IMG/VR virus record: IMGVR_UViG_3300021962_000058 | Coordinates: 27,150 to 91,149 of that record | Source: a virus | Direction: 5' to 3' (one strand) | Length of the DNA stretch: 64,000 nucleotides | Position numbers and translations under genes: made by a program | Shown: positions 42,040 to 50,339 of the stretch, piece by piece | Position numbering within the stretch: the first letter of the stretch is position 1 | How the letters are laid out: every line of letters begins with the position of its first letter | Notes under the pieces: model-generated | Database searches by the model: none | Told to the model about the DNA's origin: nothing | Seen by the model: the letters and a program-made list of their open reading frames with translations, nothing else

Positions 42040-42070
42040 ATAATAGAATAAAGAGTCAAAAGATTATACT

Positions 42071-43777
42071 ATGGCAAAACTTTTTGGTTTTTCTATTGAT
42101 AGTAACAAAAACCAATCTCCTTCGGTAGTATCCCCCGTACCTCAAACCAATGAGGACGGGGTTGATAATTATATTGCTAGTGGATTTTATGGTCAATATA
42201 TTGATATCGAAGGAGTTTATCGAACAGAGCATGATTTAATCAAAAGATACAGGGAAATGGCACTTCACCCAGAGTGTGATGGTGCCATTGAAGATGTTGT
42301 CAACGAAGCTATTGTTAGTGATCTATACGATTCTCCAGTAGAGATTGAACTTTCTAATTTGAATGCTAGCGAATCACTTAAAAAGAAAATAAGAGAAGAA
42401 TTTAGATATCTAAAAGAAATCATGGACTTTGATAGAAAGTGCCATGAGATTTTTAGAAACTGGTATATTGATGGAAGAATTTATTATTTGAAGGTCATTG
42501 ATCTTAAGAATCCTCAGGCAGGAATTCAGGATCTAAGATACATTGATCCTATGAAGATGAAGTATATTCGTCAGGAAAAGAAAAATAATAAAGATCCTTA
42601 TGCTAGAGTAAATTCAAGAAACACTGAAAACTCTCTACCCCATAGTCCAGAATTTGAAGAGTATTTCTTATATACTCCAACACCAAATTATCCAACAGGA
42701 ATGATTTCAGGCGCTGGTTCTGGAAAATCAGTTAAGATTGCAAAAGACTCAGTTGTATATTGCACTTCTGGTCTTGTAGACAGAAATAAAAATACTGTTC
42801 TTTCTTATCTTCATAAAGCAATCAAAGCACTCAATCAACTGAGAATGATTGAGGACTCTCTTGTTATTTACAGATTATCAAGAGCACCTGAAAGAAGAAT
42901 TTTCTATATTGATGTTGGCAACCTTCCAAAGGTAAAAGCGGAACAATACCTTAAAGAGGTTATGTCTCGTTATAGAAATAAACTTGTATATGATGCTTCA
43001 ACTGGTGAAGTTCGTGATGACCGCAAGTTTATGTCTATGATGGAAGATTTTTGGTTACCTCGCCGTGAAGGTGGTAGAGGAACTGAAATCACCACTCTTC
43101 CTGGTGGGCAAAATCTTGGAGAACTTGCCGATATTGAATACTTCCAGAAAAAACTGTATAGAGCACTTGGAGTTCCAGAATCAAGAATTGCTGGAAGTGG
43201 TGATGGATTTAATCTCGGAAGATCATCGGAAATTTTAAGAGACGAACTTAAATTTGCAAAGTTTGTTGGTCGTTTGAGAAAGAGATTTGCTCAAATGTTC
43301 AATGATATGTTGAAAACGCAATTGATTCTCAAAAACATTGTCAGTCCAGAAGATTGGGATGTAATGTCAGATCATATTCAATATGATTTCTTATACGATA
43401 ATCAATTTGCTGAACTTAAAGAGTCAGAACTTCTAAATGGACGTTTAGGAACACTTGCAACAATTGAACCTTACATTGGAAAATATTTCTCAACAGAATA
43501 TGTAAGAAAGAAAATTCTTCGTCAAACTGATTCAGAAATCATTGAGATTGATGAGCAGATTGAGGATGAAATTCAAAAAGGAATTCTTCCAGATCCTTCA
43601 ATGGTTGATCCAATCACTGGTGCTCCATTACCACAACCTGGTGAAGGAAATGGTATGGCAGGAATGGGTCAAGATGCAATGGGAATGGGTGAGATTCCAA
43701 CAGAGCCAGGTCTAGATGCACAAGCAAATGTAACAGACGCCCAAATGCAAAAAGATGCTAAAAAGGCTGAGATATAA
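42071..43777 (+). CDS. gp20: Portal protein gp20
   Basis: YRLSRAPERRIFYIDVGNLPK, EDFWLPRREGGRGTEITTLPGG. Confidence 0.97.
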   Translation: MAKLFGFSIDSNKNQSPSVVSPVPQTNEDGVDNYIASGFYGQYIDIEGVYRTEHDLIKRYREMALHPECDGAIEDVVNEAIVSDLYDSPVEIELSNLNASESLKKKIREEFRYLKEIMDFDRKCHEIFRNWYIDGRIYYLKVIDLKNPQAGIQDLRYIDPMKMKYIRQEKKNNKDPYARVNSRNTENSLPHSPEFEEYFLYTPTPNYPTGMISGAGSGKSVKIAKDSVVYCTSGLVDRNKNTVLSYLHKAIKALNQLRMIEDSLVIYRLSRAPERRIFYIDVGNLPKVKAEQYLKEVMSRYRNKLVYDASTGEVRDDRKFMSMMEDFWLPRREGGRGTEITTLPGGQNLGELADIEYFQKKLYRALGVPESRIAGSGDGFNLGRSSEILRDELKFAKFVGRLRKRFAQMFNDMLKTQLILKNIVSPEDWDVMSDHIQYDFLYDNQFAELKESELLNGRLGTLATIEPYIGKYFSTEYVRKKILRQTDSEIIEIDEQIEDEIQKGILPDPSMVDPITGAPLPQPGEGNGMAGMGQDAMGMGEIPTEPGLDAQANVTDAQMQKDAKKAEI

Positions 43778-43780
43778 ATA
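43773..43780 (+). promoter_or_regulatory. T4-type late promoter TATAAATA
   Basis: Exact consensus overlapping the gp20 stop. Confidence 0.7.
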
Positions 43781-43805
43781 AATTTATAATTAATAAAACA
43801 ATTTT

Positions 43806-43979
43806 ATGGAAGATCTTATCGACTTGATCGCAACTGATGCATCAGCATCGGATGTTCGTGACAAAATTCACGATATTCTTTATTCAAAAGCAGCAGAGAG
43901 AATTGAACTCGCAAAACCATACGTAGCATCGTCTATGTTTGGTGAGTCTGAAGTAGAAGAAACAGAGGATCAAGAATAA
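43806..43979 (+). CDS. Small acidic protein (57 aa), putative prohead core protein (gp67-like position), not in ORF track
   Basis: MEDLIDLIATDASASDVRDKIHDILYSKAAERIELAKPYVASSMFGESEVEETEDQE*; lies between gp20 and gp21; stop overlaps the next ATG. Confidence 0.7.
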   Translation: MEDLIDLIATDASASDVRDKIHDILYSKAAERIELAKPYVASSMFGESEVEETEDQE

Positions 43980-44254
43980 TGGCCAATAGAATTAAAGTTC
44001 TTGGGGCAGAAGCAGCACTTCCAACTACAACCGGAACGGCGACTAGTTTTAGTTCGGCAACGGTTGTTCGTTTAGTTAATACTGCACCGACCACAGAATA
44101 TCTAGTTACAGTGGTCGAAACACAGGGTGGAACCGTTGTTGGTTCTTTCACTCTACCTCGACTACAAACTGAACTTTTGGAAAAATTACCATCACATTGT
44201 GTGTATGCGGCGAATGCTGCTGTTTTGGGAGCAAAAGTAGGATTCACAAACTAA
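43979..44254 (+). CDS. Hypothetical protein, possibly virion-associated
   Basis: 91-aa ORF coupled between the small acidic gene and gp21. Confidence 0.7.
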   Translation: MANRIKVLGAEAALPTTTGTATSFSSATVVRLVNTAPTTEYLVTVVETQGGTVVGSFTLPRLQTELLEKLPSHCVYAANAAVLGAKVGFTN

Positions 44255-44258
44255 AACA

Positions 44259-44909
44259 ATGAAACTCATCACAGAAGAAATTCAAAAGGTAGAATTTATT
44301 ACCGAAGGCAAAGGTTTAAAGCAAAAAATGTATATTGAAGGTGTTTTCCTTCAAGGTGATATTTGCAACCGTAATGGAAGAATGTATCCAATGGAAACAC
44401 TCTCCCGTGAGGTAAAAAGATATACCGAATCTTTTATTAATAAAGGTCGTGCTCTTGGTGAACTTGGACACCCTGATGGACCAACAGTCAACCTTGATCG
44501 TGTTTCTCATAAAATTGTTTCTCTCACTGCAGAAGGAACAAACTTTAGAGGTAAGGCACAACTTCTCGAAACTCCAATGGGTAAGATTGCAAAATCTCTT
44601 ATTGGTGAAGGAGTTTGTCTTGGCGTTTCTTCTCGTGGTGTTGGTTCATTAAAGATGACCAATGAGGGTCATAAAATTGTTGGCGAAGATTTTATGCTAG
44701 CAACTGCTGCTGATATTGTTGCCGATCCTTCTGCACCTGATGCTTTTGTTCAGGGAATTATGGAAGGTAAAGAGTGGGTTTGGGAAGGGGGAATTCTTCG
44801 TGAAAGACTTGCAGAACAAACTCAAAAGAGAATTAATACTCTGGTTGATCAAAGAAGACTTGAAGAGCATAAGTTGAATTTATTCAACGAATTTCTTTCA
44901 AATCTTTAA
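44259..44909 (+). CDS. gp21: Prohead core protease gp21
   Basis: NRNGRMYP, ALGELGHP (catalytic His), GVSSRGVGS (catalytic Ser), DIVADPSAPDA. Confidence 0.96.
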   Translation: MKLITEEIQKVEFITEGKGLKQKMYIEGVFLQGDICNRNGRMYPMETLSREVKRYTESFINKGRALGELGHPDGPTVNLDRVSHKIVSLTAEGTNFRGKAQLLETPMGKIAKSLIGEGVCLGVSSRGVGSLKMTNEGHKIVGEDFMLATAADIVADPSAPDAFVQGIMEGKEWVWEGGILRERLAEQTQKRINTLVDQRRLEEHKLNLFNEFLSNL

Positions 44910-44911
44910 TT

Positions 44912-44919
44912 TATAAATA
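44912..44919 (+). promoter_or_regulatory. T4-type late promoter TATAAATA for gp22-gp23
   Basis: Exact consensus in the intergenic gap. Confidence 0.8.
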
Positions 44920-44949
44920 AATATAGATTATCTAAGAATCTAAACAAAA

Positions 44950-46035
44950 ATGTCCGTTGGTAGAAATTTACAAGAAATGGAAAACGTAGTAACCAAAGGG
45001 GCTGCACCTGCCGATCCAATGCCACAAACTGGCATCGAGTACGAAGATTTAGGTGGTCCTACTCCCGAAAATTATCGTCCAGATGACGATTCTTCTAAAC
45101 TCAAAGACCCATCTGCAACTCTTGCTCAGGTAAGAGACATTGTTAATGCGAAAGCAATGAAAGCAGAAGAGACTGAGATTGAAGATGAAGTCATTGAAGA
45201 GGAAACCGAAGAGGAAGAGACCGACCTCGAAGGTGAGGAAGGTGGTGAAGATTCAGAAGAAGATACCGCCGAAGAAGAAGTAGAAGAAGTAGAAGAAGAG
45301 TTTAACATCGATGAAGATGTAAACGCTCTTCTCGAAGGTGAGGAGCTTTCTGAGGAATTCCAAGAGAAAGCACGCACCATCTTCGAAGCAGCGATTAAGT
45401 CGAAAGTTGCCGAAATCAAAGAGTCTCTCCAAGAGTCATATGCAGTTGCTCTTGTAGAAGAACTCAATGCTATCAAATCGGAACTTACCGAAAGAGTCGA
45501 TGCATATCTTGAGTATGTCGCTGATGAGTGGTTCCAAGAGAATGCACTCGCAGTTGAGCACGGTCTTAAGACCGAAATGACCGAATCATTCCTCGTTGGA
45601 ATGAAGAGTCTTTTTGAAGATCATTATGTAACAATCCCTGAAGATAGATATGATGTAATCGAGAGCATGGTAGATAAACTTGATGAAATGGAAGAAAAAC
45701 TCAACGAGCAAATTCAAAGAAATGTTGCTCTTAATAGAAGATTAGCTGAGTCGGTTGCTGATGTAATCTTTGCAGATGTCGCTGAGGGTCTTGCACTATC
45801 TCAGAAGGACAAACTCGCTTCTCTTGCCGAAAATGTTGAGTTTGAAAGTGAAGCAGACTATCGTGAGAAGCTAGTAACTCTGAGGGAATCATATTTCCCA
45901 GCAAACACTGGTACTCAAAGAAGCACAACTGAGAATCTCTCAGAAGAAGTCTCATCTGATGAAACGATCACTGAATCTGTTTCGCCAGTAATGGCTGCTT
46001 ATTTAGAGACTCTTGCTAGAGCTTCTAAAAAGTGA
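44950..46035 (+). CDS. gp22: Prohead core scaffold protein gp22
   Basis: Acidic coiled coil with LSEEF.EKA.TIFEAA and VDAYLEYVADEW..EN.LAVE; between gp21 and gp23. Confidence 0.93.
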   Translation: MSVGRNLQEMENVVTKGAAPADPMPQTGIEYEDLGGPTPENYRPDDDSSKLKDPSATLAQVRDIVNAKAMKAEETEIEDEVIEEETEEEETDLEGEEGGEDSEEDTAEEEVEEVEEEFNIDEDVNALLEGEELSEEFQEKARTIFEAAIKSKVAEIKESLQESYAVALVEELNAIKSELTERVDAYLEYVADEWFQENALAVEHGLKTEMTESFLVGMKSLFEDHYVTIPEDRYDVIESMVDKLDEMEEKLNEQIQRNVALNRRLAESVADVIFADVAEGLALSQKDKLASLAENVEFESEADYREKLVTLRESYFPANTGTQRSTTENLSEEVSSDETITESVSPVMAAYLETLARASKK

Positions 46036-46084
46036 TTTTTAGATCATAATCAAACAACAACACTTTTAAAAGAGGTAAATTCAA

Positions 46085-47485
46085 ATGCAAATGTTCAATG
46101 CTGAGCAATTGCAGGAGAAGTGGGCACCTATCCTCGACTATGAGGGTCTTGATTCAATCAAAGATTCGCATCGTAGAGCGGTAACCGCTATCCTGCTAGA
46201 AAACCAAGAGAGAGAACTCCGTGAGGAGAGAGCATTCCTCTCTGAAGGTCCTACTGTTAGCACCCTTTCTGGAACCGGTAATCCTGGTTTCTCTGCCGGC
46301 GCTTCTGCACCTGTTGCTGGTTTCGACCCCGTTCTGATCTCCCTGATCAGACGTTCAATGCCTAACCTGGTCGCTTATGACCTCGCTGGCGTTCAACCAA
46401 TGAACGGTCCTACTGGACTCATCTTCGCAATGCGCTCGAAGTACAACACCCAGAGCGGCACCGAAGCACTGTTCAACGAAGCAGATACTGCATTCTCTGG
46501 TCAGTCAACCAACCTCAACAACACTCAGGGTTGGACTAACGGAACCGTTGGTCTTGGTACTACAACCCAAAGAGGAACCAATCCTGGTCTTCTCGATCCT
46601 ACTTTCCCTGCAACTGGCGATGCTAGTACCTACAACGTAGGTCAGGGTATGCGTACCGATGTTGCTGAGAATCTTGGCGACGGTACTGAGGGTCACTTCA
46701 ATGAGATGGCATTCTCGATCGAGAAGGTCACTGTTACTGCGAAGTCCAGAGCACTGAAAGCTGAGTACTCACTCGAACTCGCACAAGACCTGAAGGCAAT
46801 TCACGGTCTGAATGCAGAAGCTGAGCTTGCAAACATCCTCAGCACCGAGATCCTCGCAGAAATCAACCGCGAAGTTATCCGTACCATCTATAACGTTGCT
46901 GAGTCTGGTGCTCAGGCAAACGTTGCTACCGCTGGTACTTTCGACCTCGATGTTGACTCCAACGGTCGTTGGTCAGTTGAGAAGTTCAAGGGTCTTATCT
47001 TCCAGATCGAGCGCGACGCTAACGCAATCGCACAAAGAACTCGTCGTGGAAAGGGCAACATGATCCTCTGCTCCGCAGACGTTGCTTCCGCCCTGACAAT
47101 GGCTGGTGTACTTGATTACACCCCCGCCCTCAACGCTAACCTCAACGTTGATGACACTGGTAACACCTTCGCTGGTGTTCTGCAAGGTAAGTATCGTGTT
47201 TATATCGATCCTTATTCGGCAAACGTTTCTGCTAACCAGTACTACGTTGTTGGTTATAAGGGTTCTTCCCCTTATGATGCAGGTCTGTTCTATTGCCCAT
47301 ACGTACCCCTCCAGATGGTACGTGCGGTTGGTGAGGACACCTTCCAGCCCAAGATTGGCTTCAAGACCCGCTATGGTATCGTTGCTAACCCATTCTCACA
47401 GGGTACAACCGCTATCACTGGCGACGGTCTGGTACGTAACGCAAACCGTTACTACAGAAGAGTCAAAGTAACCAATCTAATGTAA
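46085..47485 (+). CDS. gp23: Major capsid protein gp23
   Basis: KWAPILD, GVQPMNGPTGLIFAMR, KSRALKAEYSLELAQDLKAIHGL, FQPKIGFKTRYG. Confidence 0.98.
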   Translation: MQMFNAEQLQEKWAPILDYEGLDSIKDSHRRAVTAILLENQERELREERAFLSEGPTVSTLSGTGNPGFSAGASAPVAGFDPVLISLIRRSMPNLVAYDLAGVQPMNGPTGLIFAMRSKYNTQSGTEALFNEADTAFSGQSTNLNNTQGWTNGTVGLGTTTQRGTNPGLLDPTFPATGDASTYNVGQGMRTDVAENLGDGTEGHFNEMAFSIEKVTVTAKSRALKAEYSLELAQDLKAIHGLNAEAELANILSTEILAEINREVIRTIYNVAESGAQANVATAGTFDLDVDSNGRWSVEKFKGLIFQIERDANAIAQRTRRGKGNMILCSADVASALTMAGVLDYTPALNANLNVDDTGNTFAGVLQGKYRVYIDPYSANVSANQYYVVGYKGSSPYDAGLFYCPYVPLQMVRAVGEDTFQPKIGFKTRYGIVANPFSQGTTAITGDGLVRNANRYYRRVKVTNLM

Positions 47486-47507
47486 AATACATTTACATTA
47501 AAGTTTT

Positions 47508-47532
47508 AGAGGGGAGAAATCCCCTCTTTTTT
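47508..47532 (+). terminator. Intrinsic terminator after gp23
   Basis: AGAGGGGA-GAAA-TCCCCTCT followed by a T tract. Confidence 0.85.
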
Positions 47533-47534
47533 AT

Positions 47535-47542
47535 TATAAATA
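47535..47542 (+). promoter_or_regulatory. T4-type late promoter TATAAATA for the GIY-YIG gene
   Basis: Exact consensus immediately after the terminator. Confidence 0.75.
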
Positions 47543-47566
47543 AAGGATACATACCTTTTTGATAAA

Positions 47567-48070
47567 ATGGCATTTATATATAAAGCAACAAACAAAGTTA
47601 ATGGTAAAATTTATATCGGGAGAACATCCTACGACAAATTATACAAAAGAATTAATTCTCACTTTTGGTATTCTAAAAATAAAGATTGCAACATACCATT
47701 TGCAAATGCCCTAAAAAAATATGGAAGAAATCAATTTGAATGGGAAATTTTAGAGGAATGTAAAAATGAAGATATGGGGCAAAAAGAAATTTATTGGATA
47801 GATAAGTTAAAACCAGATTACAATGTTACTCTTGGTGGTGATGGGGGACATTATGGAAGAATATGCCCAGAAAATGTGAAGTTAGCATCTAAAATTGCAA
47901 ACAGTAAACCTGTCATAGATACGAGAACTGGAATCGTGTATGAAAGTGCAACAGAAGCATCAAAAAATCTTGGTATTTCCAGATCCAGTATTTCTAGAAG
48001 TTGCGCAAAAGATGAATCTAAAAGTCGCCCAAATAGAAAACCTTGGTTTAGATATATAGAGAATAAATAA
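47567..48070 (+). mobile_element. Free-standing GIY-YIG homing endonuclease (Seg-like) with C-terminal NUMOD1-like HTH
   Basis: FIYKATNKVNGKIYIGRT, conserved R, E.YWI and YN..LGG; C-terminal GIVYESATEASKNLGISRSSI. Confidence 0.88.
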
Positions 48071-48089
48071 AAATAAAACTAGTAGAAAA

Positions 48090-48248
48090 ATGAAACCTAC
48101 TCCTAGACAATCGCAAGAAATTCATAAGAACTATGAAAAGGTTGTTGAGCATCTCATCAGTGAAGGTTATGCAGAGGATAAAGAATCTGCCAATAACATC
48201 ATTAATGGTATGAGTGAGACTTGGTTCAATCTCATAGTTAATGATTGA
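48090..48248 (+). CDS. Small protein (52 aa) consisting of the 'EGYA' domain, not in ORF track
   Basis: MKPTPRQSQEIHKNYEKVVEHLISEGYAEDKESANNIINGMSETWFNLIVND*; ATAAATA at 48063-48069; similar to segments of the ORFs at 56037, 58190 and 59076. Confidence 0.75.
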   Translation: MKPTPRQSQEIHKNYEKVVEHLISEGYAEDKESANNIINGMSETWFNLIVND

Positions 48249-48250
48249 TA

Positions 48251-48886
48251 ATGAAGACTTTTAAAGAATTTTGCGGCGATGCTGATATTTTAGAATTTTG
48301 GAATCCATTTGCATCTAAACCGCAAGTAAAACCAAAAGCAAACACAAAAGTTCTTGCTTATAAGAACTATAATCCTGGTGTTTTGGATAAGTCTACTGGA
48401 AAATTCACCCAACGTCCTCATAGTGAAGCAGAACAACAGAGGTATGGTTGGAAACCAGTAACTGTAAGCACTTACAGTAAGGCAGATACTCCCGGTTCAT
48501 TAACTGCAAGTGGTCATAAATTTGATGACACTCAAAGACTAGTTGCTGTTCCATATGCATCTAAAACAAGCTCTAAACCTTCTATTCCATTTGGAACAAA
48601 GTTACAAATAACAAAAGCACCAGGAACAAAGGCACCAATTGCAACAACTACTGTTCGTGACACTGGAAACTTTGGACGAGCTGGAGATTATAATAAACAA
48701 ACATATGCAGATGCAGCATTACAAACTACTAGAGATTTTACAGGAAACCCCAATATTACTGCAATAGAAGCTGGTAAACAAAAAGTTTACGTTAGAACTT
48801 TATCAAAACCAAAACCAAAAATTCCTGATTTGGGCGTAAAGGTAAATATGAGTATTCCAAAAATAGTTCCAACTAAGAAAAAATAA
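48251..48886 (+). CDS. RlpA/3D-like (double-psi beta-barrel) domain protein with capsid-targeting-like leader
   Basis: Starts MKTFKEF; contains STY...TASGHKFD...VAVP...IPFGTKLQI...VRDTG...AD, resembling the RlpA/3D pattern. Confidence 0.65.
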   Translation: MKTFKEFCGDADILEFWNPFASKPQVKPKANTKVLAYKNYNPGVLDKSTGKFTQRPHSEAEQQRYGWKPVTVSTYSKADTPGSLTASGHKFDDTQRLVAVPYASKTSSKPSIPFGTKLQITKAPGTKAPIATTTVRDTGNFGRAGDYNKQTYADAALQTTRDFTGNPNITAIEAGKQKVYVRTLSKPKPKIPDLGVKVNMSIPKIVPTKKK

Positions 48887-49419
48887 TGACATCTTGTAAT
48901 TGGGCAAACCAAATTAGCAACAGAAACTTTTTATCTGTCACTGGATTCAAATTTACTTTGGCAAGATATCCAAAAGTAGATTTTTTCTCCAATAGTGCCA
49001 GAATACCACAAATTACTCTGGATGTTGCCAGACAATCATCATATTTAAAAGACCTTGATGTTCCAGGTGAAAAATTAAATTATGGAGATCTAACTATAAA
49101 ATTTGTGGTTGATGAAAATATGGAAAATTATATTACAATTTACGATTGGTTGGTTGGGTTAGGTTTCCCAGAAATTACAACTCAATTTAAAGATCTAACA
49201 ACTGTTGAAAATAAAAGAGATATGAAAGCACAATTTAGTGATGGAACTCTGCGCGTTTTGAACAGTAATTTTAAGGAAGTTGCGAAAGTTAAATTTTTAG
49301 ATTTATTTCCAGTCTCACTGAGTTCTCTTGATTTTGATGCGTCAGCATCTGATGTCCAATACTTTACAGCAGAGGCATCTTTCAAGTATACTGTATATCA
49401 ACTTACATCATCGATTTAA
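48886..49419 (+). CDS. gp3: Tail completion / tail tube terminator gp3
   Basis: NRNFLS..GFKF, PGEKLNYGDL.IKF.VDENMENY, FPVSLSSLDFD; precedes uvsY. Confidence 0.9.
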   Translation: MTSCNWANQISNRNFLSVTGFKFTLARYPKVDFFSNSARIPQITLDVARQSSYLKDLDVPGEKLNYGDLTIKFVVDENMENYITIYDWLVGLGFPEITTQFKDLTTVENKRDMKAQFSDGTLRVLNSNFKEVAKVKFLDLFPVSLSSLDFDASASDVQYFTAEASFKYTVYQLTSSI

Positions 49420-49850
49420 TGGATCTTGATCAAATTCAGGAGATGTGGCAGAAAGATTCTGTCATCGATCCTGATAACTTACACGATGAGTCTTTAAAAA
49501 TACCCCAACTTCACGCAAAGTATTATACACTCTACAATACAATTACCTTGCTGCGTGAAAGGGCAAGAGAGACTCATAGCAAGGTAAAACTCGAACGATA
49601 CAACTACTACACAGGAAAGGCACCTATTGAGGTTTATGAAGAAGAACCTTTCCCATATAAGGTCAGAGATAAAGAGGCATTACAGAGGCATATGGATGCC
49701 GATGAGAAACTGAATAAGATAGATCTAAAAATCAGATACTATGACATTATGTTAAAGTTTCTGGAAGAAGTGATCAAAACAATTTCAAACAGAACTTTTC
49801 AAATCAAAAATGCTATCGAATGGCATAGATTCCAAGCAGGGTTTAGCTAA
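49419..49850 (+). CDS. uvsY: Recombination mediator UvsY
   Basis: W.KDS.ID...L..ESLKIPQLHAKY, YYTGKA, R.FQIKNAIEW.RF.AG. Confidence 0.93.
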   Translation: MDLDQIQEMWQKDSVIDPDNLHDESLKIPQLHAKYYTLYNTITLLRERARETHSKVKLERYNYYTGKAPIEVYEEEPFPYKVRDKEALQRHMDADEKLNKIDLKIRYYDIMLKFLEEVIKTISNRTFQIKNAIEWHRFQAGFS

Positions 49851-49866
49851 ATAAAAATAAAACAGG

Positions 49867-50274
49867 ATGAAGACTTTTAACGAGTTTCAAGAGCAACTGT
49901 CACTATCACAAGCATTTCAAAAAGCAGGAAAGGGACCAGGAGTTGGAGACTGGGAAAGTTCTAGAACTTTAAATAGTTTGAGGGGTGCATCTACAAGCGA
50001 TAGAGCAAAACCAAAGGGGAGCAAGGCAGGAATTCCAACCGTACCTTTAAATCAGGCAACTTATAGGGGAAGAGCAGAAGCAGATAGAAATCCAAAATAT
50101 CAAGAGAATCCGGACTATACTGGACCAACAATTGGGTTTGGAGGTTCTCCTGGAACTAAAGATAAAATGCCGGGAACAACGCCAAGTAATAATCCAAGTT
50201 TATCTACAACAAAATTAAAATCAAAACCACTATCTACATCAAAACCAAAATCAAATTATTCTAACTTTATATGA
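49867..50274 (+). CDS. Hypothetical low-complexity protein with capsid-targeting-like leader
   Basis: Starts MKTFNEFQEQL; own CTAAATA (49847-49853) and AGGA Shine-Dalgarno; inserted between uvsY and uvsW. Confidence 0.7.
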   Translation: MKTFNEFQEQLSLSQAFQKAGKGPGVGDWESSRTLNSLRGASTSDRAKPKGSKAGIPTVPLNQATYRGRAEADRNPKYQENPDYTGPTIGFGGSPGTKDKMPGTTPSNNPSLSTTKLKSKPLSTSKPKSNYSNFI

Positions 50275-50281
50275 TTACATA

Positions 50282-50304
50282 GGAGGCAGAAATGCCTCTT
50301 TTTT
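50282..50304 (+). terminator. Intrinsic terminator
   Basis: GGAGGCA-GAAA-TGCCTCT followed by a T tract; ATAAATA late promoter follows at 50312-50318. Confidence 0.8.
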
Positions 50305-50339
50305 ATTGCCAATAAATATTTTTGTATTGATATGAACTT

